64,000 nucleotides of DNA from an uncultured Actinomycetes bacterium (GTDB lineage: Bacteria > Actinomycetota > Thermoleophilia > UBA2241), in NCBI GenBank assembly GCA_963709345.1, contig CAVPVX010000001.1, positions 128,001 through 192,000 on the forward strand, read 5' to 3'. Numbering within the stretch: position 1 is the stretch's first letter; every line of letters starts with the position of its first letter. The position numbers were made by a program, and so were the translations under genes. Positions 29,174-39,412 of the stretch are shown here, piece after piece. The notes below the pieces were generated by a model, which was not told the origin of the DNA, did not search any database, and was given only the letters and a program-made list of their open reading frames with translations.

Positions 29174-29992
29174 GTGGCCGCCGACGAGATGTGGGCCGCC
29201 GCCCCGACCGACCTGCAAGAGCTGCTCGCCCTGGCGAGCGACCTCGCGCGAGAGGCGGCGCAGGTGCACGCGCGCGGCAAGCGAAGCGCGCTCCGCGTCG
29301 AGACGAAATCCACGCCCACCGACCTCGTCAGCCAGATCGACGAGGAGGCCGAACGCCTCATCGTCGAGCGACTCCGCAAGGTCCGGCCGAACGACGCGCT
29401 CCTGGCCGAAGAGGGCAGCCTGATGGATGGAGCGAGCGGGGTCCGCTGGGTCATCGACCCGCTCGACGGCACCACCAACTACGTCTACGGCTACCCGGCC
29501 TACGCCGTCTCCATAGCCGTCGAGGTCGACGGGGCGGCCTGCGTCGGCGTCGTCCTCGACTCGAGCTCGGGGCGCCTGTACCAGGCCATCGAGGGCTGCG
29601 GGGCCGCCTGCGACGGCGAGCCGATCCGGGCGCGGGAGCACGCCGACCTCTCGACGGCCCTGCTCGCCACGGGCTTCTCGTACGCGGCCGCGCAGCGCGA
29701 GCGGCAGGGCGCGGCCCTGGCCGCGATGCTGGGGCGCATCCGCGACATCCGCCGCGGCGGCACGGCCGCGCTCGACCTCTGCCACGTCGCCGCCGGCCAC
29801 GTGGACGGGTACTGGGAGCTCGACCTCTCCCCGTGGGACCACGCCGCCGGCGCGGTGATCGCCCGCGAAGCCGGCGCCGAGGTGGTCCTGCCGGCGGCGG
29901 CGCACGGACGTGGCCCCGCCGTCGTCGCCGCGTCCGCGGCGCTCATGCCGGCGCTGCTCGACCTTCTCCGCGAGAGCGGCGTGCTCACGTAG
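29174..29992 (+). CDS. suhB: inositol monophosphatase family protein
   Basis: WVIDPLDGTTNY, RRGGTAALDL, PWDHAAG. Confidence 0.88.
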   Translation: MAADEMWAAAPTDLQELLALASDLAREAAQVHARGKRSALRVETKSTPTDLVSQIDEEAERLIVERLRKVRPNDALLAEEGSLMDGASGVRWVIDPLDGTTNYVYGYPAYAVSIAVEVDGAACVGVVLDSSSGRLYQAIEGCGAACDGEPIRAREHADLSTALLATGFSYAAAQRERQGAALAAMLGRIRDIRRGGTAALDLCHVAAGHVDGYWELDLSPWDHAAGAVIAREAGAEVVLPAAAHGRGPAVVAASAALMPALLDLLRESGVLT

Positions 29993-30050
29993 GCGCAGCC
30001 CGCCGGGAACTGGATCGCGAAGCGCGCGCATGCGGCGCCCCAGGCCACCC

Positions 30051-30704
30051 TCAGCCGCGCAGCGCGAGCAGCTCCAGCGGCTGGTCGAGCACCACGCCGG
30101 CGCCGCTCTCGATGAGCTCATCTTTGGTGCGGAACCCCCACGCGGCGCCGACGGCGATCATCCCTGCGGCGGTCGCGGTGCGCATGTCGACCTGTGAGTC
30201 GCCCAGATAGGCGATCCGCCCGGGCGCGAGGCCGAAGCCGGCGGCGATCGCCAGAGCCACCGTGGGATCCGGCTTGAGCGGGACGCCCGACCGCGCGCCC
30301 GCGACGACCTCGAAGTCGCACGGGTCGAGGAGAGCCTCCACGATCCGCCGGGTGAGCGCGTCGGCCTTGTTGGAGGACACGGCGAGCTTGACCCCCGCGT
30401 CCCGAAGAGCACGAACGAGGTCCGCCGCGCCGTCGTACAGCCGCGTCTTGACCAGGCTGTTGGCGCCGTAGTCGCCGATCATGCGCTCGTAGCAGCGGGC
30501 CACCGTCTCGTCGTCGCGCCTCGCCTCGGGCAGCGCCGCGGCGACCAGGTTGCGGATCCCGTGACCGATCAGGTACCTGTACTCGTCGCAGGTGTGCGGT
30601 GGCGCGCCCTCCAGAGCGAGCACCCGGTCCATCGCGTCGGCGATATCCTCGAGGGTGTCCACCAGCGTGCCGTCGAGATCGAAGATGACGCCGTCGAAGT
30701 CCAC
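30051..30704 (-). CDS. HAD hydrolase, phosphoglycolate phosphatase-like
   Basis: IFDLDGTLVDT, SSNK, KPDP, YLGDSQVDMRTA, WGFR. Confidence 0.85.
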   Translation of the reverse strand: MDFDGVIFDLDGTLVDTLEDIADAMDRVLALEGAPPHTCDEYRYLIGHGIRNLVAAALPEARRDDETVARCYERMIGDYGANSLVKTRLYDGAADLVRALRDAGVKLAVSSNKADALTRRIVEALLDPCDFEVVAGARSGVPLKPDPTVALAIAAGFGLAPGRIAYLGDSQVDMRTATAAGMIAVGAAWGFRTKDELIESGAGVVLDQPLELLALRG

Positions 30705-30948
30705 TCTGCTCCTCTCGCTACGCGCCGCCGGCAGGCCACGGCAGCCGGGCCACGACCCGTTCGCCTCATGGTACAGGAGTCCCTGCGCAACCATCCCAAG
30801 GCCGCCTTCGCAACCCTGCCGGCCCCAGCCTCGCCCCTCTTCCGCGCACCCTCCCGCGCCGGTTCGCACACCGTGCCGTGGCGGCAGAAATCGATGACCG
30901 GCGGTTCGCCGATCTTTACCGGCGGTGACGACGTCTATGGAGGAGGTC

Positions 30949-31466
30949 GTGAAGACGGAGTGATAGCACAGCACGCGGGTCTGCTCGTGGATCGACCCGC
31001 AGCCAGACCTGCTGGCGGCGATCCGCGACCACGTGGAGCGGGCGGAGCTTGGGCCCGTCGACGCGCAGGCGTTGGTCTGCTTCGAGACCGGCTCGCAACG
31101 GACGAAGAAGCCGAGCCGGATCGAGCGCCTGAGTGGCGGCGGGCTAAGACCCTCGCTCAAGCGGTCATCGTGACCCCGACGCTCCTTGTCTGGGCGAAGC
31201 GCCCCGGAGACGGCGCGGCGACGGGCCACTCGCAGCTCCTCGACCGGCTCGATGTCACCGACTACGAGAAGAGTCCGGCGGCCGCCCTGCTGCCGGACCA
31301 CGAGGTCGAAGTGCTCGGCATCGTCGGCATGGGAGGAGCAGTCGGCACCGTGTTCTTCGGCCTCGGAGAGGGGCCCGACGCCGGCCGTGCGCGCCGGATC
31401 ATCAAGGGTGCGGTGCAGGCGGCCCGGTTGCCGGCGGTGTCGGTGACGAGGACGCACCACGTGTAG
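30949..31466 (+). pseudogene. degraded hypothetical protein
   Basis: Strong GGAGGAGG RBS plus GTG, in-frame TGA TAG at codons 5-6, and a frameshift near 31140 joining two protein-like frames. Confidence 0.4.
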
Positions 31467-31503
31467 ACCCCGTGACTGAGCCTGGCCGAGAAGCGAGGAG
31501 CGC

Positions 31504-34404
31504 TCACACGCCGCGCTCATCCGGCAGATCCACCCGCGGCAGCCACTGCAGCCAGCGCGGCAGGTACCAGTTCCAGTCGCCGAGCAGCACCATGGTCGCG
31601 GGCACGATGACCAGGCGGACGATGGTTGCGTCGAGCATGATCGCGACCGAGAGGCCGACGCCGAACTGCTTGATGATCGGGTCGCTGACGAGGACGAAGC
31701 TCGCGAACACCGTGACCATGATGACGGCCGCGGCGGTGATGACGCGGGCGCTGCCGCCGACGCCCGAGCGCACCGCCTCGTGGGATCCCTCTCCGGCCGC
31801 GTGGGCGCGGAAGATCTGGCTGATCAGGAAGACCTCGTAGTCCGTGGACATCCCGAAGAGGACGGCGAACATGAGCAGCGGAACGTAGCTGGCGATCGGC
31901 ACGGTGCCCCAGAAGTTCTCCAAGCCGACCAGACGAAGCCCCCAGCCCCACTGGAAGAAGGCCGTGAGGATGCCGAACGCAGCTCCGACGGCGAGCAGAT
32001 TGCAGAGGATCGCCTTGAGCGGCACGAGCAGCGAGCGGAAGGCGATGAGGAGCACGACGAAGCTCAGCGCCAGCACGACGCCGATGACGAGCGGCAGCCG
32101 CGCGGAGATGAGCGTGGAGAGGTCGTCGTAGGCGGCGGTGACGCCGCCGACGTAGGCGGTCACGCCGGCGCCCTCCGTCGCCGCGGGGATGACCGCCGTC
32201 CGCAGGAGGCGGACGAGATCGGCGGTGAGCGGGTCGGCGGGGCGCGTGGTGGCGGTGATGGTGTAGACGGCGGCAGTGCCCGACTCGTTCAGCCGCGGCG
32301 GCGGCACGGACACGACGCCGGGCGCCGCCGCCAAGGCGTCACGCAGGGCGACAGCGCGGGGATCGGTGGCGCGCGGCTGGCCGCCGACGTCGGTGAGCAG
32401 ACCGACGAGCTGCCGCTCGAGATCGCGCGCCCCGTCGGCCTGCCGCTCGAGGCGCCGCTTCTCGCGTTCGAGCGCAGCGGCGTCACGCTCGAGCCCATGC
32501 CCGCGGCGCTTCAGCGCCGCGCCCCGCGCCGCAAGCTCGGAGCCCTCGGCCTCAAGGGTGGCGCCTTCGGCGCTCAGTCCCGAGGACTGAGCTTGCAGGG
32601 CGCCGCCCTCGGCCGCCAGGCGCTCCCCCTGCCGCTTCAGCGGCGCCGCCTGCTTCTCGAGCGCAGCCGCCTCCGCCCGCACGACCTCGGCCTGCCGCGC
32701 GAGCGCCACGAGCTTCGCCTGCAGCTTCGCGAGCTCGACGGGGTCCGTTGTCTGCGCCATCGCCTGCTGCACGGCGGCGATCTCGGCCGCCAGTCTCGCC
32801 CCCTCCGCGGCAAGGGCTTCTCCCTCCGCCGCGAGACGGGCCTTCTTCGCCAGCAGCCGTGCCTGCGCCACCTCCAGGCGCTCCTTCTGCGCAAGGAGAG
32901 GAGCCGCCCTGGCCTCCAGCGCTGCGCGCTGCGCCTGTAGGGCGGCCGCCTCCGACTGCAGCGCCTCCTTCTCTACTGCCAGCGCGTCGCCGCGTTTCTC
33001 CAGCGTCTTCGCCTCCCGCTTCAACCGGCGGCCGTCCGCCTCGAGCGTGCGTTCCAGCTGCTCCGCCCGCGCGCGCTTGTCCGTGAAGGCTTCGCTCGGC
33101 TCTGCCGCCGGCGAGAAGCTCGCCGCGACCATCAGCCGGCCGTTGGCGCCGGCTCCCAGGCCGGCGGTGGTCAGGTCGAAGGCGCGTCGGTGCGTCGCCG
33201 TCTCCGGCCAGGCGCCCACGTCTTCCTGGCCGAGGATCAGCGTGAGCGTCGGCGCCGCCAGCGGCAGGAGCACGAGCAGCGACGCGATGAGTGAGATCCA
33301 CGGGTGCCGGGTCACGACGCCCGCCCAGCGCGCCCACACGTTGTCGGCGCCGGGCAATCCTGCGGGGTGCTTGACCCACGGCAGCCGGAGGGCGTCGATG
33401 CGTCGGCCGACCAGTCCCAGAACGGCCGGCAGAAGGGTGATCGAGGTCAGCACCGCGACGAACACGGCCAGCGCCGCCGCGTACCCCATCGCGCCGAGCA
33501 GCGGCACCTGGGCGACGAGCAGGGCGAGCAGGGCGATGATCACGGTGACGCCGGCGAAGACCACCGCGCTCCCCGATGTGGCCATGGCCCGAGCCACCGC
33601 GTCACGGACGCCGAGGCCGCCGTGCAATTCGTCGCGGTAGCGAAAGACGATGAACAGCGCGTAGTCGATGCCGACGCCCAGGCCGAGCATCGTCGCCAGC
33701 GTCGGAGCCACGACTGGGATGTCGAGGACGTGCCCGAGCAGACCGATGGTCCCGAGGCCGGTGACGAGCGCGACGATCGCAGTCAGGATCGGCATGCCCG
33801 CGGCCACCAGGGCCCCGAAGGCGAAGGCCAGGATGACGATCCCGGCGCCGATGCCGATGATCTCGCTGCGCCGGGAGTCCTCTTCCGACAACCGGATACC
33901 GAGCACCCCGCCGGCCTCGACCTGCACGCCGGCGCGGCACGCCGGGTCCGCGGCGGCCATGATCTCGCTCGCCAGCTCGCGAGTGACCTGACCGCCGTCC
34001 ACGTCGAGGAGCACCTGGGCGATCCCCGTTCGCTCGTCATCGCTGAGCAGCGTGCCCTTGCCGCCGCGGATGTACGGACCGGTGACGGTGATGACGTGCG
34101 GCAGCGTGCGCATCCGCGCCAGCGACGCCTTGACGGCTCGCTGCACCGCCGGGTCGGTCAGCGTGCCGGCGGCGGTATGGAAGACGACCGGGCTCTGCCC
34201 GTTCTGCTGCGGCGGGAACTCGCGCGTGAGGAAGTCGGTGGCGCGCTGCGTGTCGGTGCCCGGCAGGCGGATGTCGTTCGAGGTGCGCGCGCCCAGCACG
34301 ATCCAGCCGGTGGCCACAGCCGCGACCACGCATGCCCAGACGAGCAGCACGAGGTACGCGCGCCGCGCACAGAAGCCACCGAGTCGATACAGCAGAGCCG
34401 ACAC
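31504..34404 (-). CDS. MMPL family (RND) transporter with a long coiled-coil insertion
   Basis: GLGVGIDYALFIVFRYRDEL, LFGMSTDYEVFL, LDATIVRLVIVPA, WNWYLPRWL. Confidence 0.92.
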   Translation of the reverse strand: MSALLYRLGGFCARRAYLVLLVWACVVAAVATGWIVLGARTSNDIRLPGTDTQRATDFLTREFPPQQNGQSPVVFHTAAGTLTDPAVQRAVKASLARMRTLPHVITVTGPYIRGGKGTLLSDDERTGIAQVLLDVDGGQVTRELASEIMAAADPACRAGVQVEAGGVLGIRLSEEDSRRSEIIGIGAGIVILAFAFGALVAAGMPILTAIVALVTGLGTIGLLGHVLDIPVVAPTLATMLGLGVGIDYALFIVFRYRDELHGGLGVRDAVARAMATSGSAVVFAGVTVIIALLALLVAQVPLLGAMGYAAALAVFVAVLTSITLLPAVLGLVGRRIDALRLPWVKHPAGLPGADNVWARWAGVVTRHPWISLIASLLVLLPLAAPTLTLILGQEDVGAWPETATHRRAFDLTTAGLGAGANGRLMVAASFSPAAEPSEAFTDKRARAEQLERTLEADGRRLKREAKTLEKRGDALAVEKEALQSEAAALQAQRAALEARAAPLLAQKERLEVAQARLLAKKARLAAEGEALAAEGARLAAEIAAVQQAMAQTTDPVELAKLQAKLVALARQAEVVRAEAAALEKQAAPLKRQGERLAAEGGALQAQSSGLSAEGATLEAEGSELAARGAALKRRGHGLERDAAALEREKRRLERQADGARDLERQLVGLLTDVGGQPRATDPRAVALRDALAAAPGVVSVPPPRLNESGTAAVYTITATTRPADPLTADLVRLLRTAVIPAATEGAGVTAYVGGVTAAYDDLSTLISARLPLVIGVVLALSFVVLLIAFRSLLVPLKAILCNLLAVGAAFGILTAFFQWGWGLRLVGLENFWGTVPIASYVPLLMFAVLFGMSTDYEVFLISQIFRAHAAGEGSHEAVRSGVGGSARVITAAAVIMVTVFASFVLVSDPIIKQFGVGLSVAIMLDATIVRLVIVPATMVLLGDWNWYLPRWLQWLPRVDLPDERGV

Positions 34405-34531
34405 GCCGCAGTCATACTCCTTGACGGGACTCCCACGATAGGCGGCGAGCCCGTGGTGTCAAATCGGACGTTCACGGAACCGCCATACACGGCTGGTACC
34501 ATGGGCTCCGCACTCACCGCGGGAGGACAGC

Positions 34532-35983
34532 TTGACCGGATCGGCACAGAAGGAACCACTCGACCGGCTCTGCGCGTGCGGCCGGCGCCGCACGAAGATC
34601 GTCGCGACCTTGGGGCCCGCCACCCGCGACGAGCAGGTGCTCGCACAACTGCTGGAGGCGGGCATGGACGTGGCGCGCATCAACCTCTCGCACGGAGGAA
34701 CCGACGAACACGCGGCGGCGATCGCCGCCGTGCGCCGGCTCGCGGCCGAACGCGCCGTGCCGCTGGCGGTGCTCATCGATCTGCCCGGTCCCAAGCTGCG
34801 TCTTGGAGACCTGCCGCGGCCGCTGGCCGTCTCGGCAGGTCAGACGCTGACGCTGGGAGCGCCTCCGGCCGGCCAGATCCCGGTCAACTTCCCCGAGCTC
34901 CTGCCGTGCTTCACGCCGGGGGAGCTCGTGTTGATCGACGACGGCGCCGTGGCCCTGCGGGTGAGCGCCGTCACCGCAGCGGCGGTCACGCTCGAAGTGC
35001 TCAACGACGGCGTCGTCGCGTCGCGCAAGGGTGTGAACCTGCCCGACACGCGACTGCCGGCCGGCGCCCTGACGGACGCCGACCGTGAGTTCCTCGCCTG
35101 GGGCCTGCAACAGGACGTGGACTACGTCGCCCTCTCGTTCGTGCGCAGCGCCGACGACGTGCGCGAGCTCAAAGGGCTCATCGCCGCGGCGGGCGGCGAC
35201 CAACTCGTGATCGCCAAGATCGAGAAGAGGGAGGCGCTGGACGCCTACCAGGAGATCATCGCCGCAGCCGACGGCGTCATGGTCGCCCGCGGCGACCTCG
35301 GCGTGGAGGTCGATCCGGCAACGGTGCCGATCTGGCAGAAGCGGATCATCCACGCGGCCGTGGTGGCCGGCAAGCCGGTGATCACGGCCACGCAGATGCT
35401 GCAGTCGATGATCGACGCTCCGCGCCCCACGCGTGCCGAGGCGAGTGATGTCGCCAACGCCATCTACGACGCGACCGGCGCCGTCATGCTCTCGGGCGAG
35501 ACCGCCGTCGGCAGCTACCCGGTCGAGGCCGTGCGCACGATGGACCGCATCGCACTGGCCGTGGAGGAGGACGTCGAGCGTGCCGGGCGGGCGCCGCAGC
35601 CGTGGACGGAGGCGCGCTCCGGCGTCTCCACCGCGATCAGCCACGGCGCCTGCGAGGTGGCGCACCGGGTGGGCGCCGCGGCCATCGTCACGGCGACGTT
35701 CTCGGGCGCCACAGCCCGGGCCGTAGCTCGCAGCCTGCCGGCCCAGCCGATCGTCGCCGTCAGTCCCAATCAGCGTGTCGTCAACCAGCTCGCCCTCTGC
35801 TGGGGCGTCTGCCCTCTGCTGGGCGAGCACCGCGGCAGCTTCGAGGAGGTCGCGAGCGAGGCCAACGACCTCGTGCTCTCCGGCGGCTTCGGCCGCCCGG
35901 GTGAGGTCGCCGTCATCACCGCCGGCCTCCAGACGAACCAGTCGGGCAAGACGAACCTGATCAAGGCGCACGTGCTGGGCTGA
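34532..35983 (+). CDS. pyk: pyruvate kinase
   Basis: RRTKIVATLGPA, RINLSHG, AKIEK, MVARGDLGVE, ATQMLQSM, RPTRAEASDVANA, MLSGETA. Confidence 0.96.
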   Translation: MTGSAQKEPLDRLCACGRRRTKIVATLGPATRDEQVLAQLLEAGMDVARINLSHGGTDEHAAAIAAVRRLAAERAVPLAVLIDLPGPKLRLGDLPRPLAVSAGQTLTLGAPPAGQIPVNFPELLPCFTPGELVLIDDGAVALRVSAVTAAAVTLEVLNDGVVASRKGVNLPDTRLPAGALTDADREFLAWGLQQDVDYVALSFVRSADDVRELKGLIAAAGGDQLVIAKIEKREALDAYQEIIAAADGVMVARGDLGVEVDPATVPIWQKRIIHAAVVAGKPVITATQMLQSMIDAPRPTRAEASDVANAIYDATGAVMLSGETAVGSYPVEAVRTMDRIALAVEEDVERAGRAPQPWTEARSGVSTAISHGACEVAHRVGAAAIVTATFSGATARAVARSLPAQPIVAVSPNQRVVNQLALCWGVCPLLGEHRGSFEEVASEANDLVLSGGFGRPGEVAVITAGLQTNQSGKTNLIKAHVLG

Positions 35984-36021
35984 GAGTTCCGCGTGTCGGT
36001 ACTACTCGGGGATAGGACAGA

Positions 36022-37143
36022 CTAGGCGACCGACGGCACCAGCGCGTGCACTCCCGAGAGCTCCGCCATGAGTTCCTTCACGGGCAGAATGCGGTCGACC
36101 CGCGCTGCGGTGGTGCCGGCCGTGTAGAGAGGCTCTTCCGCGTTCGCGTCGTGGCCGGCTGCGCTGCAGAGGCCGTTGCAGATGCAGAAGGAGTGCTTGT
36201 TGTCCCGCCTCGCGGCGCACACGGCGTAGCGCCCCTCGGCGTCCTTGCCGAGCACGTAACCCTTGTCGCAGCGAGGCGCCCGGCGGCGGGCGAGTGTCGA
36301 CTGGTACATGGGCGATTCGCGCAGCACCCGGAAGGGCAGACCGCAAGGCGAGCCCGGGTCGTTGGCGACCAGGATGTCCTCCGGACGCGCCCGCACGACG
36401 GCCCGCTTGTAGTCGGCCGAGGCGCCGCTCTCTTCCGTGGCCAGGAAGCGTGTCCCCATCTGCACGCCATCGGCGCCAAGGGCGAGGAAGCGGCGGATGT
36501 CCGCGTGCGTGAAGATGCCTCCGGCGACGATCACCGGGAAGTCGCCGTGCGCCTGCGCGACCTCCTTGACCGGCGCCAGCAGGCGCTCGAGGCTGTTCTC
36601 GGCGAGTCCGACCTGGTCGGCGCGGAACCCAAGGTGGCCGCCGGCAAGCGGGCCCTCCACGACGACGGCGTCCGGACGATAGTGCAACCGCTCCCAGCGC
36701 CGGCAGATGAGATCGAGGGCGCGCGCCGACGAGACGATGGGGATGAGCGCGGTGTCGCCGGGCGGCTTGATCGCCGGCAGGTTCAGCGGCAGGCCGGCGC
36801 CCGAGACGATCGCGTCGGCGCCGGCGTCGATGGCGGCCGCCACGGTGGCCTCGTAGTCGCGCTGCAGGGCGACCATGATGTTGATGCCGGCGAAGCCGCC
36901 GCCGGCCTTGGCGGCGGCGACTTCGGTCCGGACCGCCTCAGCGGTGTCCACCCTGGTGCCGGAACGCTCACCGACCATGCGGTCGAGACAGGCGCTCGAG
37001 AGCAGGCCGAGCCCGCCGGCGACGGCCACGGCGCAGGCCAGCGGGTAGAGGGAAACGCCCACGCCCATGCCTCCCTGCACAATCGGCAGAGAGATGCGCA
37101 TACCTTTGATTCTCAAAGAGGGGAGCGGGGGGACAGCGATCAG
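36022..37143 (-). CDS. nitronate monooxygenase family (FabK-like) flavoprotein
   Basis: PIVQGGMGVGVS, EGPLAGGHLG, VIVAGGI, GVQMGTRF; start codon uncertain. Confidence 0.85.
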   Translation of the reverse strand: MIAVPPLPSLRIKGMRISLPIVQGGMGVGVSLYPLACAVAVAGGLGLLSSACLDRMVGERSGTRVDTAEAVRTEVAAAKAGGGFAGINIMVALQRDYEATVAAAIDAGADAIVSGAGLPLNLPAIKPPGDTALIPIVSSARALDLICRRWERLHYRPDAVVVEGPLAGGHLGFRADQVGLAENSLERLLAPVKEVAQAHGDFPVIVAGGIFTHADIRRFLALGADGVQMGTRFLATEESGASADYKRAVVRARPEDILVANDPGSPCGLPFRVLRESPMYQSTLARRRAPRCDKGYVLGKDAEGRYAVCAARRDNKHSFCICNGLCSAAGHDANAEEPLYTAGTTAARVDRILPVKELMAELSGVHALVPSVA

Positions 37144-37335
37144 GGGAAACGACCTCCTTGACTGAGTGTACCCGCGAAACGGCCGAAGAACAACGGTCGC
37201 TCGGGCCGTGGCACGCGGCGCGCGCCCTCCCGGACTCCCAGCCACACGCCGCGCACGGCCACGCGTTCAGTCCTGCGCTCCGCTGGGGTATCCTGTTACC
37301 GGTGGCGCCGCCCACGAGGCAAGGGGCTGATCCTG

Positions 37336-38847
37336 GTGGCGCAGGGGTGCGCAGACAACGGGGATAAGAACGACGTGACGCCCTCCGGGTACGCCTTGGC
37401 TGAACTCATGGGCCTTGACCGCGTGCAACGCCTGTGCGACGGCTTGTCCGCCTCATGCGACATCGCCCTCGCGGTACTCGACCCCGCCGGCAACGTGCTC
37501 ATCGCCTCGGGCTGGCAGGACATCTGCACCGCATTCCACCGCGTCAACGAGAAGACGGCGCGCTGCTGCCGCGAGAGTGATCTGCGCATCAACCAGCGCC
37601 TGCGCGCAGGTATGGGAGCGTCGGAGCATTACGCCTACAAGTGCGCCAACGGGCTGTGGGACGTCGCCTTCCCCCTGGTCGTCTCCGGCGAGCACGTGGC
37701 CAACATGTATACCGGTCAGTTCTTCTTCGACGACGACGTCGTGGACATGGACGCCTTCGCCGAGCGGGCGCGCCGGCTCGGCTTCGACGAACAGGCATAT
37801 CTCGAAGCGCTCGCGCGCGTGCCGGTGATCTCGCACGAGCGCCTGGAGGTGAACATCCGCTTCCTCGCCGACTTCGTCGGCCTGCTCGGCGAGCTTGGCC
37901 TGAGCGCCATCCTGCGGAGGGAGAAGCACAGGCAGCTCGAGGAGAGCGAGCGACGGTATCGTCATCTGTTCGACAATGCGACGGAGGGCCTCACCGTCTT
38001 CCGCGCCGAGGGCGACGGCTGCGGCGGCGTCGGCGACCTCGTGATCGTCGACGTGAACCCGACGCAGTCGAGCCGCACGCACACGCCGCGCGAGCAGCTG
38101 ATCGGCCGAAGGAGGAGCCGCTGCGGCGAGGAAGGAGAGCGGCTGCGCGCGTATTTCGACGTGGTGGCGAGCGCCGCCGACACCGGGGAATGCACCCGCT
38201 GCGAGTTCCGCGTGCGCGCCGAAGGCACCTACGAATTGCTCACCGCGTACCCCGCAGGGCGCGACCTCTGGGCCCTCTCGGCGGTGGACGTCACCGACGT
38301 CCGCGAGGCGGAGCAGGCGCTCCGCCTGCAGGAGGAGGCCATCCGCAGCGCCTACGTGGACGTTCTCGATGCTGTGACCGGCGGCAAGCTGATCCTCCTC
38401 ACCGAGGAGGCCCTCCTCGGTCAGCTGGGCCGGCCGCTCAGCAAGCCTCTGGCGATCGGCACGACGGCCGAGCTGGCCGAGGCGCGGCGGCGCGTGCTCG
38501 AGGCCGCCGAGCTGCACTTCCCGGGGCGGCTCCGCGCCTCAGACCTGCTCAGCCCGGTGAGCGAGGCCCTCGACAACGCGCTGAAGCACGGCCACGGAGG
38601 GACGTACCAGCTCTTCGCCCGAGACCGCTGCATCCAGGTCGCAATCAGCGATCAGGGACCAGGCATCGACTTCAGGACCCTGCCGAAGGCCACGCTCGTG
38701 CCGGGCTTCTCCACTGCCGCCAGTCTCGGCATGGGCTTCACGATCATGCTCCGGCTCTGCGAGCGCGTACTCCTCAGCACCAGACCCGGCCGCACCGAAG
38801 TCGTGCTCGAAGTCGCGAGCGGCGGCCAGTCGCTCATCCCGGACTGA
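37336..38847 (+). CDS. PocR ligand-binding domain + PAS + anti-sigma-type HATPase
   Basis: SGWQDICTAFHR, YKCANGLWDVAFPL, GQFF; C-terminal EALDNALKHG, DQGPGI, SLGMGF; no HisKA H-box. Confidence 0.8.
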   Translation: MAQGCADNGDKNDVTPSGYALAELMGLDRVQRLCDGLSASCDIALAVLDPAGNVLIASGWQDICTAFHRVNEKTARCCRESDLRINQRLRAGMGASEHYAYKCANGLWDVAFPLVVSGEHVANMYTGQFFFDDDVVDMDAFAERARRLGFDEQAYLEALARVPVISHERLEVNIRFLADFVGLLGELGLSAILRREKHRQLEESERRYRHLFDNATEGLTVFRAEGDGCGGVGDLVIVDVNPTQSSRTHTPREQLIGRRRSRCGEEGERLRAYFDVVASAADTGECTRCEFRVRAEGTYELLTAYPAGRDLWALSAVDVTDVREAEQALRLQEEAIRSAYVDVLDAVTGGKLILLTEEALLGQLGRPLSKPLAIGTTAELAEARRRVLEAAELHFPGRLRASDLLSPVSEALDNALKHGHGGTYQLFARDRCIQVAISDQGPGIDFRTLPKATLVPGFSTAASLGMGFTIMLRLCERVLLSTRPGRTEVVLEVASGGQSLIPD

Positions 38848-38989
38848 TCTCGCACCCACCGGCTTCGGCAGCCGCTGGCGCCCCGACGCGTCACCCATGC
38901 CCCAGGCGGCTAGACGGATGTTCCGGGCGCGAACGCCGCGAAGTGGGCGACATAATGACTGGAGACCTGAGACCCTTCGATGAACGGGG

Positions 38990-39340
38990 ATGCACGTGAG
39001 TGCAAGACGACTGCAGGATGCCTACGCCGGTCCCGGCAGCAACGTCGCGGCGGCCGCCAAGTCGGGCAAGCGCCTCTCGCTCGACGAGGTCCGCGCCACC
39101 GGCTTGCCTGCGTACTTCTTCGACCACGGCGAGCACCTGCTGTATCTGAACGATGAGATCTTCGACCTCGAAGAGCGCGATATCTCGATGCGCGCCCGCA
39201 CACGTCCACAGCCGCTCCCGCACCAGATCCTCGAGGACGGGGTCGGCATCGAGTTCGGCTGGCGGCACGCCGAAGGGTGCGTGTGCCCGCACTGCTGGCA
39301 CCGCGGGCACGGCAATGGCATGCGCGAGGACGTCGCCTGA
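38990..39340 (+). CDS. hypothetical protein with C-terminal CxCxxC
   Basis: Normal codon usage; GCVCPHCWHRGH. Confidence 0.55.
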   Translation: MHVSARRLQDAYAGPGSNVAAAAKSGKRLSLDEVRATGLPAYFFDHGEHLLYLNDEIFDLEERDISMRARTRPQPLPHQILEDGVGIEFGWRHAEGCVCPHCWHRGHGNGMREDVA

Positions 39341-39412
39341 CGGCATCCTCCACGCTGCATCGCATCCGCGACCGCCAGACCGGGGCTACCGACCGAGCGA
39401 CGCAGGACGAGC

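Noticed and set aside
30961-30966. In-frame TGA as possible selenocysteine
   Set aside because: Immediately followed by TAG, and the gene is frameshifted downstream; decay is more likely.
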